Of a stretch of 64,000 bases of DNA, positions 50,981 to 62,915 are shown piece after piece (the stretch's first letter is position 1; the number at the start of each line of letters is the position of its first letter). Location of the stretch: the NCBI GenBank assembly GCA_004022145.1, contig RCNU01000005.1; one strand, 5' to 3'. Origin of the DNA: Paecilomyces variotii (lineage: Eukaryota). The notes under the pieces are model-generated. The model saw nothing but the letters and a program-made list of their open reading frames with translations. It did no database searches and was not told the origin of the DNA. A program made the position numbers and the translations under genes.

Positions 50981-52805
50981 TTAACTGTTTCCATTCTGAT
51001 CTTTGGCGATTTTCATCTGTCTCTTTAGTAGTGGATGTGCATCATCTTTTTCTAAGATGACTTCAATCATGGACAAGCCCCTGCCACGTATAATGTGCTC
51101 GCTTTGTAAAACCCTTTCAAGATCAGCCCATGTTCTCACCTGCTTGGTAAATACTGGGTATTCTGAGTCATCTTTCCTTGCACCGAAATACCACGGAGAC
51201 TCCAGATAGCGCCAAGGCTGTATATCATTGTAGTATGCTTCCATGCCATGAATATACCTACAGAGTTTGCAATTTAGTAATCTGTAGAGCAGAAGACTAT
51301 TGATCCATGCGCTGGGTGGGCACATCGACATACCTTTCAATTGTATACCCATCATTGTTAATAAGAAAAATGATTAAGTCAAGGCGATTGCGTATGATGT
51401 CACTAAGTACTTGAGCTGTCATCTGGAAGCTACCATCCCCTTCGAACAGGATTGTTCTCCCTTTGTTTCGAAGACCTTGCTCAACCATCTCCCGTTGTGC
51501 AAGGGCTGCGCCGCAGGATGCCCCTAATGTGTACCCGATGGATAGCCAGAGTGCAGAGTTGATGATTTTGGCATTGGGCGGAAGGACAAAGTCACAGCCA
51601 CCGGCATATGGCGTACCGGTTTCCGTTAGAATAATATCGTCGGAGTGGAAAAACTGCGAAACATAGCGCCAGAATATGTCTTGCGTGATAGATGCTTCAG
51701 GGCGCGGGGAATCCAAAGCTCCTGTCATATTCAAACGTCTTGGTTCAATGCATGATTCATCGTACGCAAATCGAGACGGATCTAGCTCAGAAATGGTCTT
51801 GCGGAGAATGGATTTGGTATTCATATTCAAGTAATTTTCTCCTCGAATATTGATCGTGAATTTGTGTAGCTCAATAGTGATGGCTTCGCTTGTAAGCGCA
51901 GTGAATCCGAAGGTGTTGGTATCAGCATTCATCGGAGCAAACCGTATTACTAGGTCACGACTCTTAACCCATCGCATGAAGTCCGAGTTTCCAGCGGCGC
52001 CTGTATATACGCCGCAAAAATTTGGATAAGTTTCATTCGCTGTCCCTTTCCCGAATGGAGTAGTAACGACTGGGAACCCTGCCAGGCGCACAATATCGTC
52101 TGCTTCTTGTTCCAAACCGTATCGTGACACCCAGCCATCGAGTATGATGAGAGGCTGCGACGCTGAGTACAGTGATTTGAGCAATTCTTTCACCACAGTT
52201 TGCTCCACTTCTGAGCCTTCATTCAGAGACAACGAGGTATCGATACCTTCCTCAAGTCGCGATGCAGATATAATTACTTTCGCCATATTAGCAGGTATTT
52301 CGATGTAGACAGGCCTGCTGTGTAGCAAACATTGACGCAACGTCTCGTCAATCAAGACTGGTGCATGGGAAGCAAGCGTTAAATTCGCTTGAGCACACGT
52401 AAAGCTTCTGTAGATGGATGCATAAAGTCGAGAGTTGCCGTCACCCAAGGAGTGATGCAGAATTGCATTTTGATCTTGTAGATATGTTGGTGGTGTGCCG
52501 ACAATATGAACGAGAGGAACTTTCTCTGCATATGCTCCTGCGATGGCATTGAGTGCTGATAACTCCCCAACTCCGCTCGTTGTCATCAGCGCTGCTAACC
52601 CTTTGACTCTCGCGTAACCGTCCGCAGCATACCCAGCACTGAGTTCATTGGAACACCCCACCCAGTGAAGCCCAGAAGGTCTAACATAATCCAACGCGAC
52701 CAAGTTGAAATCACCAGGCACACCATATATACTGCACACACCCAATTGCCGCAGTCTGTGGAAGACATATTCCGCAACGTTAATTCGGGCAGTGATATGA
52801 GCCAT
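50981..52805 (-). CDS. Pyruvate decarboxylase-family TPP enzyme, one intron
   Basis: YGVPGDFNL, SNELSAGYAADGYAR, GVGELSA, LHHSLG, EGDGSFQMT and NNDGYTIER|YIHG motifs. Confidence 0.93.
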
Positions 52806-53903
52806 CTGGGTTATCGCGGGGAAGTGAGCTATTGATCTCTGCAGCAAGCGCTTAATTCGCAGAATATCTCTCGTTCTTGGGCCTCTTATAAAAGAAATGA
52901 AGAACAAGGATATAATATTCACATTTTTATATCATAAATATTGACAAATAAATGGGTACAGTATATTTCATCTATCTATCGAAATTCATTAAATCTGTTC
53001 AGTTTACATGGTTGAGGGTCTTCGATGTATAGTTCATATCGCCGACAAGCCATGGTCATACGTTTATTTTGAGCATATCAACCCTGGGGAACGTAATAGG
53101 TATAATGATGCGTCAACGCTAGCTGTCGACCACGTTCCCCGGTGCGTGCTTTCATAGCAGGTACTGCGTGTTGAACAAAGCGGGTCGTCCAGGTATCCGG
53201 AAAATAGGTACCGTCACAGACAGGGGTACAGCACGACGAGCGGAATTAATCGACTATGATTTGGCACGAAGTTTCGGCCAAGCGCGAATAGTAAATATGG
53301 TACTACGTAAAGTATATAGTTTAACGATGTTTGATAGAGAACACTCTTATAGATTCTTTACAGAAATTAACGAGGCTTTCATATTCCGGTGTCCTTTTGA
53401 CTTCAAACAGGAAGCCGTGAATGCTTGGGTTTAATGAAGGGAAGAATGGTGAAAAGTCTGATTTCCACTGGTCAACCAGAACAATCAAAGTTAGGGGTTA
53501 TTATCATAGGGCGCATGGAAGACAAGTATACCACTGACTAGTTAACGATCCTACTATTGCTATGATTATGGATCAAGTTTAACACCTGTAGGAATCTGTT
53601 GGCTACACAACTACATGTTCCCAGTAGACAGGACCATATAGAGAATGTACCCTGCAAGAAACGCCAAAAGAAGAACTATGAGGGTCTAACATCTCTGTGA
53701 TTCCTAACATTGCTGACTCTTATTTCTCGGAGCTATTTAAAGTTCTTCGAATAAATACATATTGTCAATACACATCTAAGGCAACTAAGTATTAAGCTCT
53801 TTAGCGTCTATCTACATACACTGTTGTGACCGAGAGAGATACAAACTATCAGTCTTTTCTCACACTACGTATTCAAACACCAACGAAATCAAAATCTCGC
53901 GTT

Positions 53904-54602
53904 ATGGATGCCTATCTATTGGAGAACATGTGTGACAATGTATCCGTCATCCTCGTCCATGGATTTAGTTGTGCGTATTTCGCTTCAAAATTCATTAACC
54001 AAGCCATAATTAATGCCCCGAACAAAATCTTGGACGAGATGGTGGTGTTGGCCTTCCTTCTCGCAGCGATTTGTTTCTGCTGGTTCTGCATAAGAGCCCG
54101 CACTACACAGACACAGCAACTGCCGCAATGGGAACAAGCAGGAACAATTATCCTAATTGCTGCATCAACAATTGGATTCGTCTATTTCCAGTTTTATTTC
54201 GAAAAATGGCCACGCACAGTGTATATGGCAATATTTACCCTGACCGCCAGAGAGTTTGCATCTCTTTGTTTCCGCTCTCCGACAATATTTCCTGTGCTTT
54301 GCCTCACATACGGCATGCTTGCCATGATCCCTGTTGTCCATGCGAGTCTCTGGCCATCTGCTTGCCGACTGCCGATGAGAGCTCATTTTATGTCCTATTT
54401 GGGACTGACTGCAACTGGTGGATTATTTCATAAGTTACGAATCCTCGAAAGGCTTACTAGACTTGGAAGCGCTTGTACCGGGAAATTTCTCCTGCATGCT
54501 CATTTTATCATCGCTGTCATACTATTGTGGCAGGGGATATCGGCTGCATATGTATCTGATGCTATTCCAAGTGTCGATCAGTGCAGAGAGTGGAAGTGGT
54601 GA
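53904..54602 (+). CDS. Divergent PAQR/hemolysin-III-like multi-TM protein
   Basis: About 7 hydrophobic segments. EQAGTIILIAASTIGFVYFQF and GGLFHKLRILER resemble PAQR DYxGI..GS..YY and YxxxxPER motifs. Confidence 0.5.
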   Translation: MDAYLLENMCDNVSVILVHGFSCAYFASKFINQAIINAPNKILDEMVVLAFLLAAICFCWFCIRARTTQTQQLPQWEQAGTIILIAASTIGFVYFQFYFEKWPRTVYMAIFTLTAREFASLCFRSPTIFPVLCLTYGMLAMIPVVHASLWPSACRLPMRAHFMSYLGLTATGGLFHKLRILERLTRLGSACTGKFLLHAHFIIAVILLWQGISAAYVSDAIPSVDQCREWKW

Positions 54603-55655
54603 GAAAGTTAGCTCCCCAAATTATCCATAATACCTGGCCAAACACTTCAAGCTTGTTGCAGTCGTTTTCTGAGGGTGCCTGGCTTGGTCGAAAATGGGAA
54701 TCATATGATGAGAACCCATGGTTTTGTATGTATGGCTAGTTAACTGGTGTTTCACCGAAAGGTTGTCATGCGGAGCTCCTATCAATGCTTTATCCTTCAA
54801 CACAGCCATCTGTCCTAGTTATTTCATTGGAAAGTTCTTTACAGACTATACTGTACTGCATGATCACATTAATTGTTCTAGGGTTGCAGAACGTAACCGT
54901 AGAATATCAACTAGCTAACAAGTCAAGTTCAAGGGAAATTTTTTGAAAGGAGCGTGATATACTATAACTTAAGGGAAGTGTCCTAACCTCAGAGATATTC
55001 TTCATAATAAGTAGGCATTAGGGTCAACATCAATTTTTCCCCTCATCGCTTAAGCTCTTGTAACGTCATGATTCATTGCTAAAGATTCATCGTTAAGAAT
55101 CGTGGATTTGCCACCAACTCCATTACTTTTGCAATCTGTTTTCCGGCTCATATAGCCTTTGACTAGTAAACAGGCTCTAAAATGTCATATAATGTATAGC
55201 CTAACCCGGTCTATTAATATAATTTTGGGAGGGCAGCGGTATACAGTATAACCTTTGTGCCTGGGGCTTAACTCGAAAATGTAATGTACTCATATAGTAC
55301 TGTTGGAGCACGAGGAGAAGCATTCTAAGTTTCCCCTATCTTCACTTATGGTCATAATTACGGTGTTGGAGATAAGATATGTCTACCTGAACATCTTGAG
55401 AGAGACTAAGGGCCGTCCGGGGCTGAGAAATATGTCACCCAGCCAGTTATAGTTCTCATTGTACTCTCCTATAACCTAGGGCATCATTAAACTACTGACA
55501 TATATTTTCCTTCTTACAAGATACACCTTTGAGTATATAGAAGCCAAGGTAGATCGTCATTTAAAGCATCCATAGCTGCTGGCTGTATACAATCACCATC
55601 TTGCCCGCTTGTTATATTCGATTTCTAAAATTACTGACATTCTGTCTCGATCAGA

Positions 55656-56150
55656 ATGAAATTATCCATGGCGTTGAGACCCGAAGTCGATCTTGAGTTC
55701 CAACGTGTTAAGAAAATTAGAGAAATAAGCCTAAACCACGATATTCTCAATTTTATCGAGCTAGCACACGCGTCATTCCAACAAGGGAGGACGTCAAATC
55801 CCCGGGGCCCCTTTAAGAGATCTCTTCTTCACTATGCGGCCATGGGGAATTGTACCGAACTTCTCCGCTTGCTACTTCAAACTGGAGCACCTGTAGATGT
55901 TTGTGACCAGAATAAGCGAACACCCCTCTCTTGGGCTGCAGAATACGGAGCACTAGATGCAGTAATGCTTCTAGTGGAAAATGGAGCCAAAGTAAATTCC
56001 ATTGATGATACGCTCACTTCCCCCTTGGCATGGTCGCTATCAGCAGGTATGGGCCAGATAGTGGAGACAAGATCCTTCCTTAGGCAAAAAGGTGCGAGAC
56101 AACGATGGATACTGAGGAGAATAATTCGTGTTTTGGTATCGCGGAAATAG
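55656..56150 (+). CDS. Ankyrin-repeat protein
   Basis: RSLLHYAA, RTPLSWAAEYG, LLVENGAKVN and SPLAWS. Confidence 0.85.
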   Translation: MKLSMALRPEVDLEFQRVKKIREISLNHDILNFIELAHASFQQGRTSNPRGPFKRSLLHYAAMGNCTELLRLLLQTGAPVDVCDQNKRTPLSWAAEYGALDAVMLLVENGAKVNSIDDTLTSPLAWSLSAGMGQIVETRSFLRQKGARQRWILRRIIRVLVSRK

Positions 56151-56394
56151 TGACTAGCCACATTCCATTTATAGCTAGGATTGCGAGTGGTGGGGTTACA
56201 TATGATTACCTTCTCACCACATCTTTCGTTTATGTTAGTTTTACAAGTGAAATTCGATACATAGCTGCAACTTCCTTGCAAGCTAATCTAACAGTACACG
56301 TTGCCAATCATTCTTCTTGCTGATACTATACCCTTGGTGATTAACTGCATCCATGAAGCTAGTCTTCCGACAGCCCGCATCCTTATTTGAATAA

Positions 56395-56680
56395 GACACA
56401 ATATGTGCATGGATAAGACCAAGTTCACTAGTTTTGATGACCCTGGCTCCGCGGCTATTTGTGGAGAGGCACGTCAGTGGGTTGAAAACATAGGGCGTCC
56501 CAAAAAATGCTATGGCGATTTGTCGCCTGCTAAGCAAGCCGCACTGGTCAGCCAGTACGAGGACACTGTAATAATCAGCAGTATAATCATTTTAAGAAAG
56601 ACGCGCAGTACATTCCAGGCTGTCACCATTATCAGGGGCAAGGGGGGGTGAGTTCCGGCATAGTGTCGCCTGAAAAGCCT
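56395..56680 (+). pseudogene. Relic C-terminus of a SesB-like alpha/beta hydrolase with a degenerate N/Q/G-rich (amyloid-like) tail
   Basis: MDKTKFTSFDDPGSAAICGEARQW resembles HMDMTKF..DDPGF..V.GELRRW. After a frameshift it reads GHCNNQQYNHFKKDAQYIPGCHHYQGQGG. Confidence 0.5.
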
Positions 56681-56910
56681 ACATCTAGTTTTCCCTATCT
56701 CGTCTGAAGTAAATATATTTGCTGTACGCTTGAGTTTATCTAAATCATAATGGTGCTGCTTATGAATTGTCTTTAAAGAATACCTCCGTTATTCTTCTTA
56801 ATGAAATACATAGAACCCTCTCTGAATGGCTCAATATCGTAGGTTAATGTCCATGCCAATTTTCTAGACATGGCTGCTGATGACAATACGAATCCTGGGC
56901 CACATGGTTA

Positions 56911-57193
56911 CACTGAGTTGCAAAAACGGTGCCCGGGTGCTGTACTCTCTTCGTCTAAATTTGTGGGTCCTCTAGCCCACATATGGTTAGCAGTTTAAAT
57001 TTACACCAATAAGCTCTATTAAGAGTTGATTACTACTGAGAAACCCTGTTAGTTGCAACGATAGTAGCCAGCAATTTGCCTTGTAATTAACGGGGTTTCT
57101 CAGTAATAATAATTCTATCCACTTATAGCCTAGAGGACCCACAATTTGAAAGAAGAGAGTACAGCACCCGGGCACCGTTTTTGCAACTCAGTG
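56911..57193. mobile_element. MITE (Tc1/mariner-type), 283 bp, near-palindromic
   Basis: About 65-bp TIRs (cactgagttgcaaaaacggtgcccgggtgctgtactctcttc...); TA duplications at 56909-10 and 57194-95; internal IR tactgagaaaccc / gggtttctcagta. Confidence 0.93.
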
Positions 57194-57355
57194 TAGTTCC
57201 CTTTACATCTTATATTGTCAAAATCTACTTGATAAAAAAGTGGTACAGTACGAAATTGGAAACAGTAGTGAAGAGAAGATCTTCCAGTCACTGTCCTTGA
57301 GACTTGCTAGAACAACAGCTTGAGCTAGATAGATCGATCGGCGTCGTTTTCCACC

Positions 57356-58132
57356 TCAAGAATACTCTTGACGCTGACATTGCACGTTAGCAGCAATGGT
57401 GAGATGTTCCAGGGTCTCTGTAGATAGCGTAAGTGCCGTGCATAGAGCATGAGTCAATATCTTTCTCTTCTTCACGACACAATGAAAAATGCTTTTGGTT
57501 TTATTTCTTCTTCTTATTAGTCGAGCTGCTAATCCCAGCGCTTGACAATATTTGCTTCGTTGAATAGCGCTGTGCAACGCTGTTGTTCTAATACGACCAT
57601 TCCTGCGATGCCTTTTGGTGAGCACCGTCCGCATGTGGTTTATGATGTTATTCATCAACATCGCCTTATGAGACTTAGTCAGGAGTTCTTGCTCTTGCGG
57701 CAGCCGCTGTTTCTCTGGAACCATGTATTGATGTTGTTCCAAATGAAATTCAGTGGCCAACCGTGAACTTCTGGCTAAACCCGGGGCCTTGAGCAAGATT
57801 TGGTCAAAGAGTGGTAATAGTAAGCTATAGTATATGATAGAGGCGCAAGTATGGATGCTCATGGAGAATTCTTTAGTTCTATTTGACTTTACTTCGTGCC
57901 GTGATCCATGAATTCCTTGGAAAAGGAGCAAAACATCGTCATTATCTTGCCTTGACTCGGCTGCCGCCGGATGGTCGATATGATCTTCTTTGGAGGTGAC
58001 GCTAACTACGCGGTCATCTTGAGGCTTTGGTGCGTGTAGCAGTATCAAAGCCAAAGAGATACACAGGCGAGGTAGTGCCAAGTCTGAACGAGGGAAGTTT
58101 TGTCTGATCGATGCCACTGCTTTGTTTGCCAT
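57356..58132 (-). CDS. Hypothetical ORF, no recognised domain
   Basis: Long open frame only. Confidence 0.25.
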   Translation of the reverse strand: MANKAVASIRQNFPRSDLALPRLCISLALILLHAPKPQDDRVVSVTSKEDHIDHPAAAESRQDNDDVLLLFQGIHGSRHEVKSNRTKEFSMSIHTCASIIYYSLLLPLFDQILLKAPGLARSSRLATEFHLEQHQYMVPEKQRLPQEQELLTKSHKAMLMNNIINHMRTVLTKRHRRNGRIRTTALHSAIQRSKYCQALGLAARLIRRRNKTKSIFHCVVKKRKILTHALCTALTLSTETLEHLTIAANVQCQRQEYS

Positions 58133-59324
58133 GTTTTGCTGCCTGATATTGTTCAGCAAAGATAATTGTAATGCGAAAAGTTCATACGCTGCTGGATCGA
58201 TGTACCATCTAGGCGTTTACTCACATATAACTTGATCATTAATCGGGGTACACATTGTTTTGGTCCTTGATCAAAAACTTAAGCGATTGAAGCTTGCGGC
58301 CTCAAGTTATGCTGTTTCGGTGGGAATACCTAGCCTTTTTTTTTTTTAAAAAAAAAAAAAAAAAGAAAAAAAGATTCTTCGGCGGTTCATGATTATGTTA
58401 CTACTCAGGAAAGATTAGCAGTGTAGCAGGTACATAAATAGACTATATGACAAGAATTACCGGAAATATGATCGAAGTGTAAGTTTTTACACGTGTACTG
58501 GTCAGACCTATACATTCAAAATATGTCACATAGAAGCATCCTATACTAAATTAAATGCCGGTTTCTGCCTCATGCAAGCTTGCGAGTGAATGCCATGAAA
58601 GAATCGATTAACCACTTAACAAGGGCTGTCTCTTATTGAGATGGGTAGGACAGACCTCAAGTGAAGGCGCTTGAGAGCCGCTCAATATAAATCTCTCGTC
58701 TAGGAATGGTCCCTAGTCATGAACCATATGAAGGCAGCTTAGGCCCCCTTAAATAGCTCTCGACCCCTAGAGAAATGATACGAATAAGTTGTGTAGATGG
58801 AGACTATAGGGGTACATTAGACAGCCAAAAAATTAAAATCTGAAAAGGGCAACAAATTTAAACTCCATTTCTTCACCATTTCAAACGCTTTCAGTTTATA
58901 TGTCGATTATGCTGCATAGGTTCCCCATTTCATTACTTAGGCATCTTTATACCGGCTATGTGCCCGATATACAACCTGAATTTACGGTTATAGCTAGAGT
59001 TAAACCATAAACTTCCCTGCGGTATAAACTACCAAGCTACCAGCATTTCGCCAGGCCTGTAAATCAGCAAGTTGATCCTTACAAAATATTACTTATATAC
59101 TCACTTAGAAAAACTTACTGCTAAGATTGAGAGCCCAGATTTCAGAATCGTGTCTCTACATATGTTGCTCTATAACTAAACTTAGGCCTCGGGCAACCAG
59201 TAGGTAGATATAGCGCTTAATAAAATAGTCAAGCTTTCTGGGAAGAGACTGCGAGATATGGTTGGCCAGAAAGGGATTGTTTTTGGAAGGCTGAATTGGT
59301 TGTACATAACGGTCGTCCAGCAAT

Positions 59325-59935
59325 GGCACATACATTAAGGACGCTACCGGTGCTGAAACAGTACAGAATCACACTGCTCACAAGCAACAAAGCAGCCGCC
59401 CACGTACTGAGGAGCCCGCGATAACAGTTGGGCCAGGAATACGTGTGCCAAATATACAAGTCGATTAGAAGACTACAAAGAAACGGAAATAGGATCAATA
59501 TCCGTTGGGTTTCTACCAGCGAGGATAACAAACTGTTGGGCCTGGCGAAAGAGCAGGCTAGGACAGCGACCCAAGACGACGCCACTCCATACACAGAGCT
59601 CCCCAGAATGAAATTAACTACCCTCAATATCGCACGAGCCCATGTAGGCACCAGTAAAGGCCTGCCAGAGAAAGTTGGGAAACACGCCGAAAGAGTGGAT
59701 GCCGCACTCCCAGGTAAACATACCCGACAGCTGTATGATCGACTATCCTGGAAAGAGGCGAGCGTGCTGGCTCAACTCCGGACGGGTATGGCAAGACTAA
59801 ATGGGTACCTCCACCAAATCAATGCTGCGCCGACAGATCAATGTACATGTGGACAAGCAAGAGAGACCGTAGAGCACTTCCTCTTTCGATGTCAGAAATG
59901 GACGGCACACCGGACCGACATGCTGTAGGGTCCGC
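59325..59935 (+). mobile_element. Tad1-like LINE fragment (RNase H C-terminus + CCHC knuckle)
   Basis: INIRWVS...LAKEQAR, ALPGKHTRQLYD, LAQLRTGMARLNGYL and CTCGQARETVEHFLFRC; internal stop; truncated at both ends. Confidence 0.85.
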
Positions 59936-60644
59936 TATGTAGTCGAATCCGATCCTTCAAGGTAGGCTATCGTCAGGCAGTGAGGAGCTGAATTCTGGCT
60001 CGTATGGCAGCCGAAGTCCGGTCGGTGCCGCCGAAAGACTTTGGGAAGACATTCCCCCAATTTTTATCCATGAGCTTAAAAATGATAATGCCTTCGGCAG
60101 ATTTTCGCTGAAATTTCAAATCACAATAGGTAGATTCATCATAACAGGTAGATTCGACTTGAGAAAATATTTCAAGGCATTCGGAGGGGTGCATATCAGG
60201 AAACCCACTGATATGAAAACATCTTTGCTCAGGAAAGAATAATAAAGAACTTGCTGGATTGTGATCACGCAATATTTCCGCTAGTCAATCAACCACCAAC
60301 TAACCCATTTCACCGTATAGTTGCCTTACTGTCGGAGCGGGTTCCCTCATATTAAATTTATTGTGCTGTGCGCTATCTCAAGTCGGAGGTAATATAAAAA
60401 GAGCGGAATAGTGATTGTGAGCGCCGGAGATAGAGAGAAAATATGGTCTGTTTATAATCCAAAAGGCGGAAAGAGTTGGCAGATTCGCTGGGCATCGAAC
60501 TGGAAGGCTTATCTCTGACGTCCAGATCGTATCATGATGACAAACTTTGAAATCTGCATAAGCTCTGCAATCTATTAGTGTAGTGGTTCAGGTACGAGGG
60601 TAACTTGAATTCAACTGTATTTATCTTGGGAGCGAAACGGCTCC

Positions 60645-61343
60645 TGAGAACTTAGGTCGATCTTCCGCCCGAGCTTGTGCTCCATACGGCCTTTACTCTT
60701 GACAGCACACGGGATATACATGCCCTGATGAGCGTAAACAGAGGCCTTTACCAACTGTGGAAAAAATATCTATATCAGCACAGTGTGGACCATGAAAACG
60801 GCGCCGGACTTATCCTAGCAGCCGGGAAAGGGACTTTATCCGCGATGTGTTGTTTTCTCGGTGTACCATCGGTGAACGTGCATGTCCGAAACGTAGCCGG
60901 ACAGACGATACTCCACCTCGCAGCCCAGCAACATGACGGATTCTACATTATGATGATGCTTTTGCGGGATAGTCGTATGGACATTTATGCGACTGACACT
61001 GTGGGACGGACGCTGTTGTCTTATGCGGCATCGAACGATGACTGTCGTCCGCTTAGCGTCCTACTACGGCACAACGATATTGATGTTAATATGGCCGGCG
61101 TCCAAGGCAAAACACCGTTTTCCTATGCCGTCAATAGGGGGCACAAAAAGGCAGTAAAGAAGCTTCTCGACGACACGCGGCTAGATCCCAATCTAACTTC
61201 CGATCATCTCTCGCCCATAGCGATTGCAGCAGGCAGCGGTTCATGGAGTTTCTAGAGATGCTTTTGAGTGACCAGCGCGTGACTGTCAATAACCAAGATC
61301 AGGGCTATATAGATCCAGTGGTCTGGGCATTGTTTCGAGAATA
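60645..61343 (+). pseudogene. Ankyrin-repeat gene with F-box-like N-terminus, frameshifted
   Basis: LPPELV-like start, GQTILHLAA, GRTLLSYAA and GKTPFSYA; frameshift near 61240 into MEFLEMLLSDQRVTVN. Confidence 0.65.
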
Positions 61344-61561
61344 AGAGTGAAGCATCTGTTTCCTGCTTTCAATCTGTTGAAAAGGTTAAGAAAAATATAG
61401 AACATTAGAGGCAACAGTGGGAGTATGACTGTTGACATATAGTAGTCCAGTATGTAACGTTGAATGGGACTGCTTATTATATCTAAGGACTAATCTAAGC
61501 ATCCATAGAAGGAAGCTTGAAAGAGTAGTCATACATTTCTTGAGGAAGTTCTGTAGAAGTA

Positions 61562-62915
61562 TCACAAAAAGTCCATTGGAGCAGCTGCACTGTACCTGTT
61601 CCTTTCATGATCCAGTATTGCCTTGTATAATCTGTTTGTATCTCGTTCAGAACCCAAGTCGACAGGTTGCAGGCCTTTCCCCAGGTGCTGCATCTGCATA
61701 AGCGCTGCAACAGAAGTAAGATGGAAGTCATCCGTGTCAATCTTGATCGGAGGGGCTTTTTCGACACTTCCAGACAAAATATGCGAACATAAATGAGGTT
61801 CTTGGCATAGGGGCCGTGCTAGGCCTATGCCATCTACCTCCTGCACGGCGCGTATCATACCTTTGACAGAGCGATATCCTCCAGTTACGTAAACCTTTGT
61901 GCGCTCCATCTTCTCCGAATAGATTCTCCCGTACTCTAAGAAGAACTGCAAGCCAGTGTCACTATGTTGCCCATCGAAGTTGTCATGTTTCATCCTGTTG
62001 ACTTACCCCCTCATCCTGTGGTATAGAAGCGACCTGCTTGCGGCCGATTGTCCAATCCTCATAAGTGCCGCCGGACAATTCAACAAAATCGAAACGCATT
62101 TTCTCAAATTCAATGCACAGTTGAACAGTCTCTTCCAAGTTGAACGTGCTCTCCTGGAATTCAACAGCGTTAATCTTAATACCAACGGTAAAGGTTTCTG
62201 CCACTCGTTCGGATATTGCCTTTCGAATCTCGGATATCAACTTCATTCTGTTCTTTATGTTGCCCCCGTAATTATCTTGACGTTTGTTTGTTCGGGCCGA
62301 CAGGAATTGGCTTAGCAGGTGCCCATGAGCTGCTTGCAACTGGATACCGTCGAACCCAGCCCTTTCAGCATATGCGGCGGCATGAGCAAAACCCTCCACA
62401 ATATAGCTGATGTCCTCCCTTTTTGCTTCCCGGGGCTTACCAAAATCAGCCCCAAAGCTCCCTCCGCTCACCCCTATGTCGCTCGCACTAATTGGAAATG
62501 GTTGCAGGTATACCGGGGTCTGACGACCGGGGTGGCATAGTTGAGCAATAATGAGGGAGCCATGACATTTTGCTTCCAATGCGATTTTACTGAATCTCTC
62601 AAATTGCAAACCCTCAAACGGTGCATCTATAGGTATGATAGGATCTCCGGCTGACACGAGATGCTGAGGATCGATCATAATATTACCAGTAATGATAACT
62701 CCAATGTCACCCTCGCCCCAGCGCCGGTATAAGTTGACGAGCTCAGCAGAAGGGATTCCACGAGAGCCAGAATCAGAAGCAGAGAAAGACGCCATGCATT
62801 CGGCTGTAGAGCTCTTCAGTAAGCGGTTTATGGCCCACTTACCCGAGAATGAGAATAACAGACGGCGTCCCAATAGGTCTGGGCTGATGCTCTCCGGACC
62901 AGTAGAAGATGGCAT
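61562..62915 (-). CDS. NADH:flavin oxidoreductase / Old Yellow Enzyme family, one intron
   Basis: NRLLKS, IITGNIMI, QLCHPGRQ, AGFDGIQLQAAHGHLLSQFLS, RQDNYGG, ELSGGTYE and TGGYRS..GLARP motifs. Confidence 0.9.

Noticed and set aside
53168-53434. 88-aa ORF
   Set aside because: Non-ATG start and no recognisable motif.
58335-58372. Poly(T)-poly(A) palindrome
   Set aside because: Simple homopolymers with no associated element.
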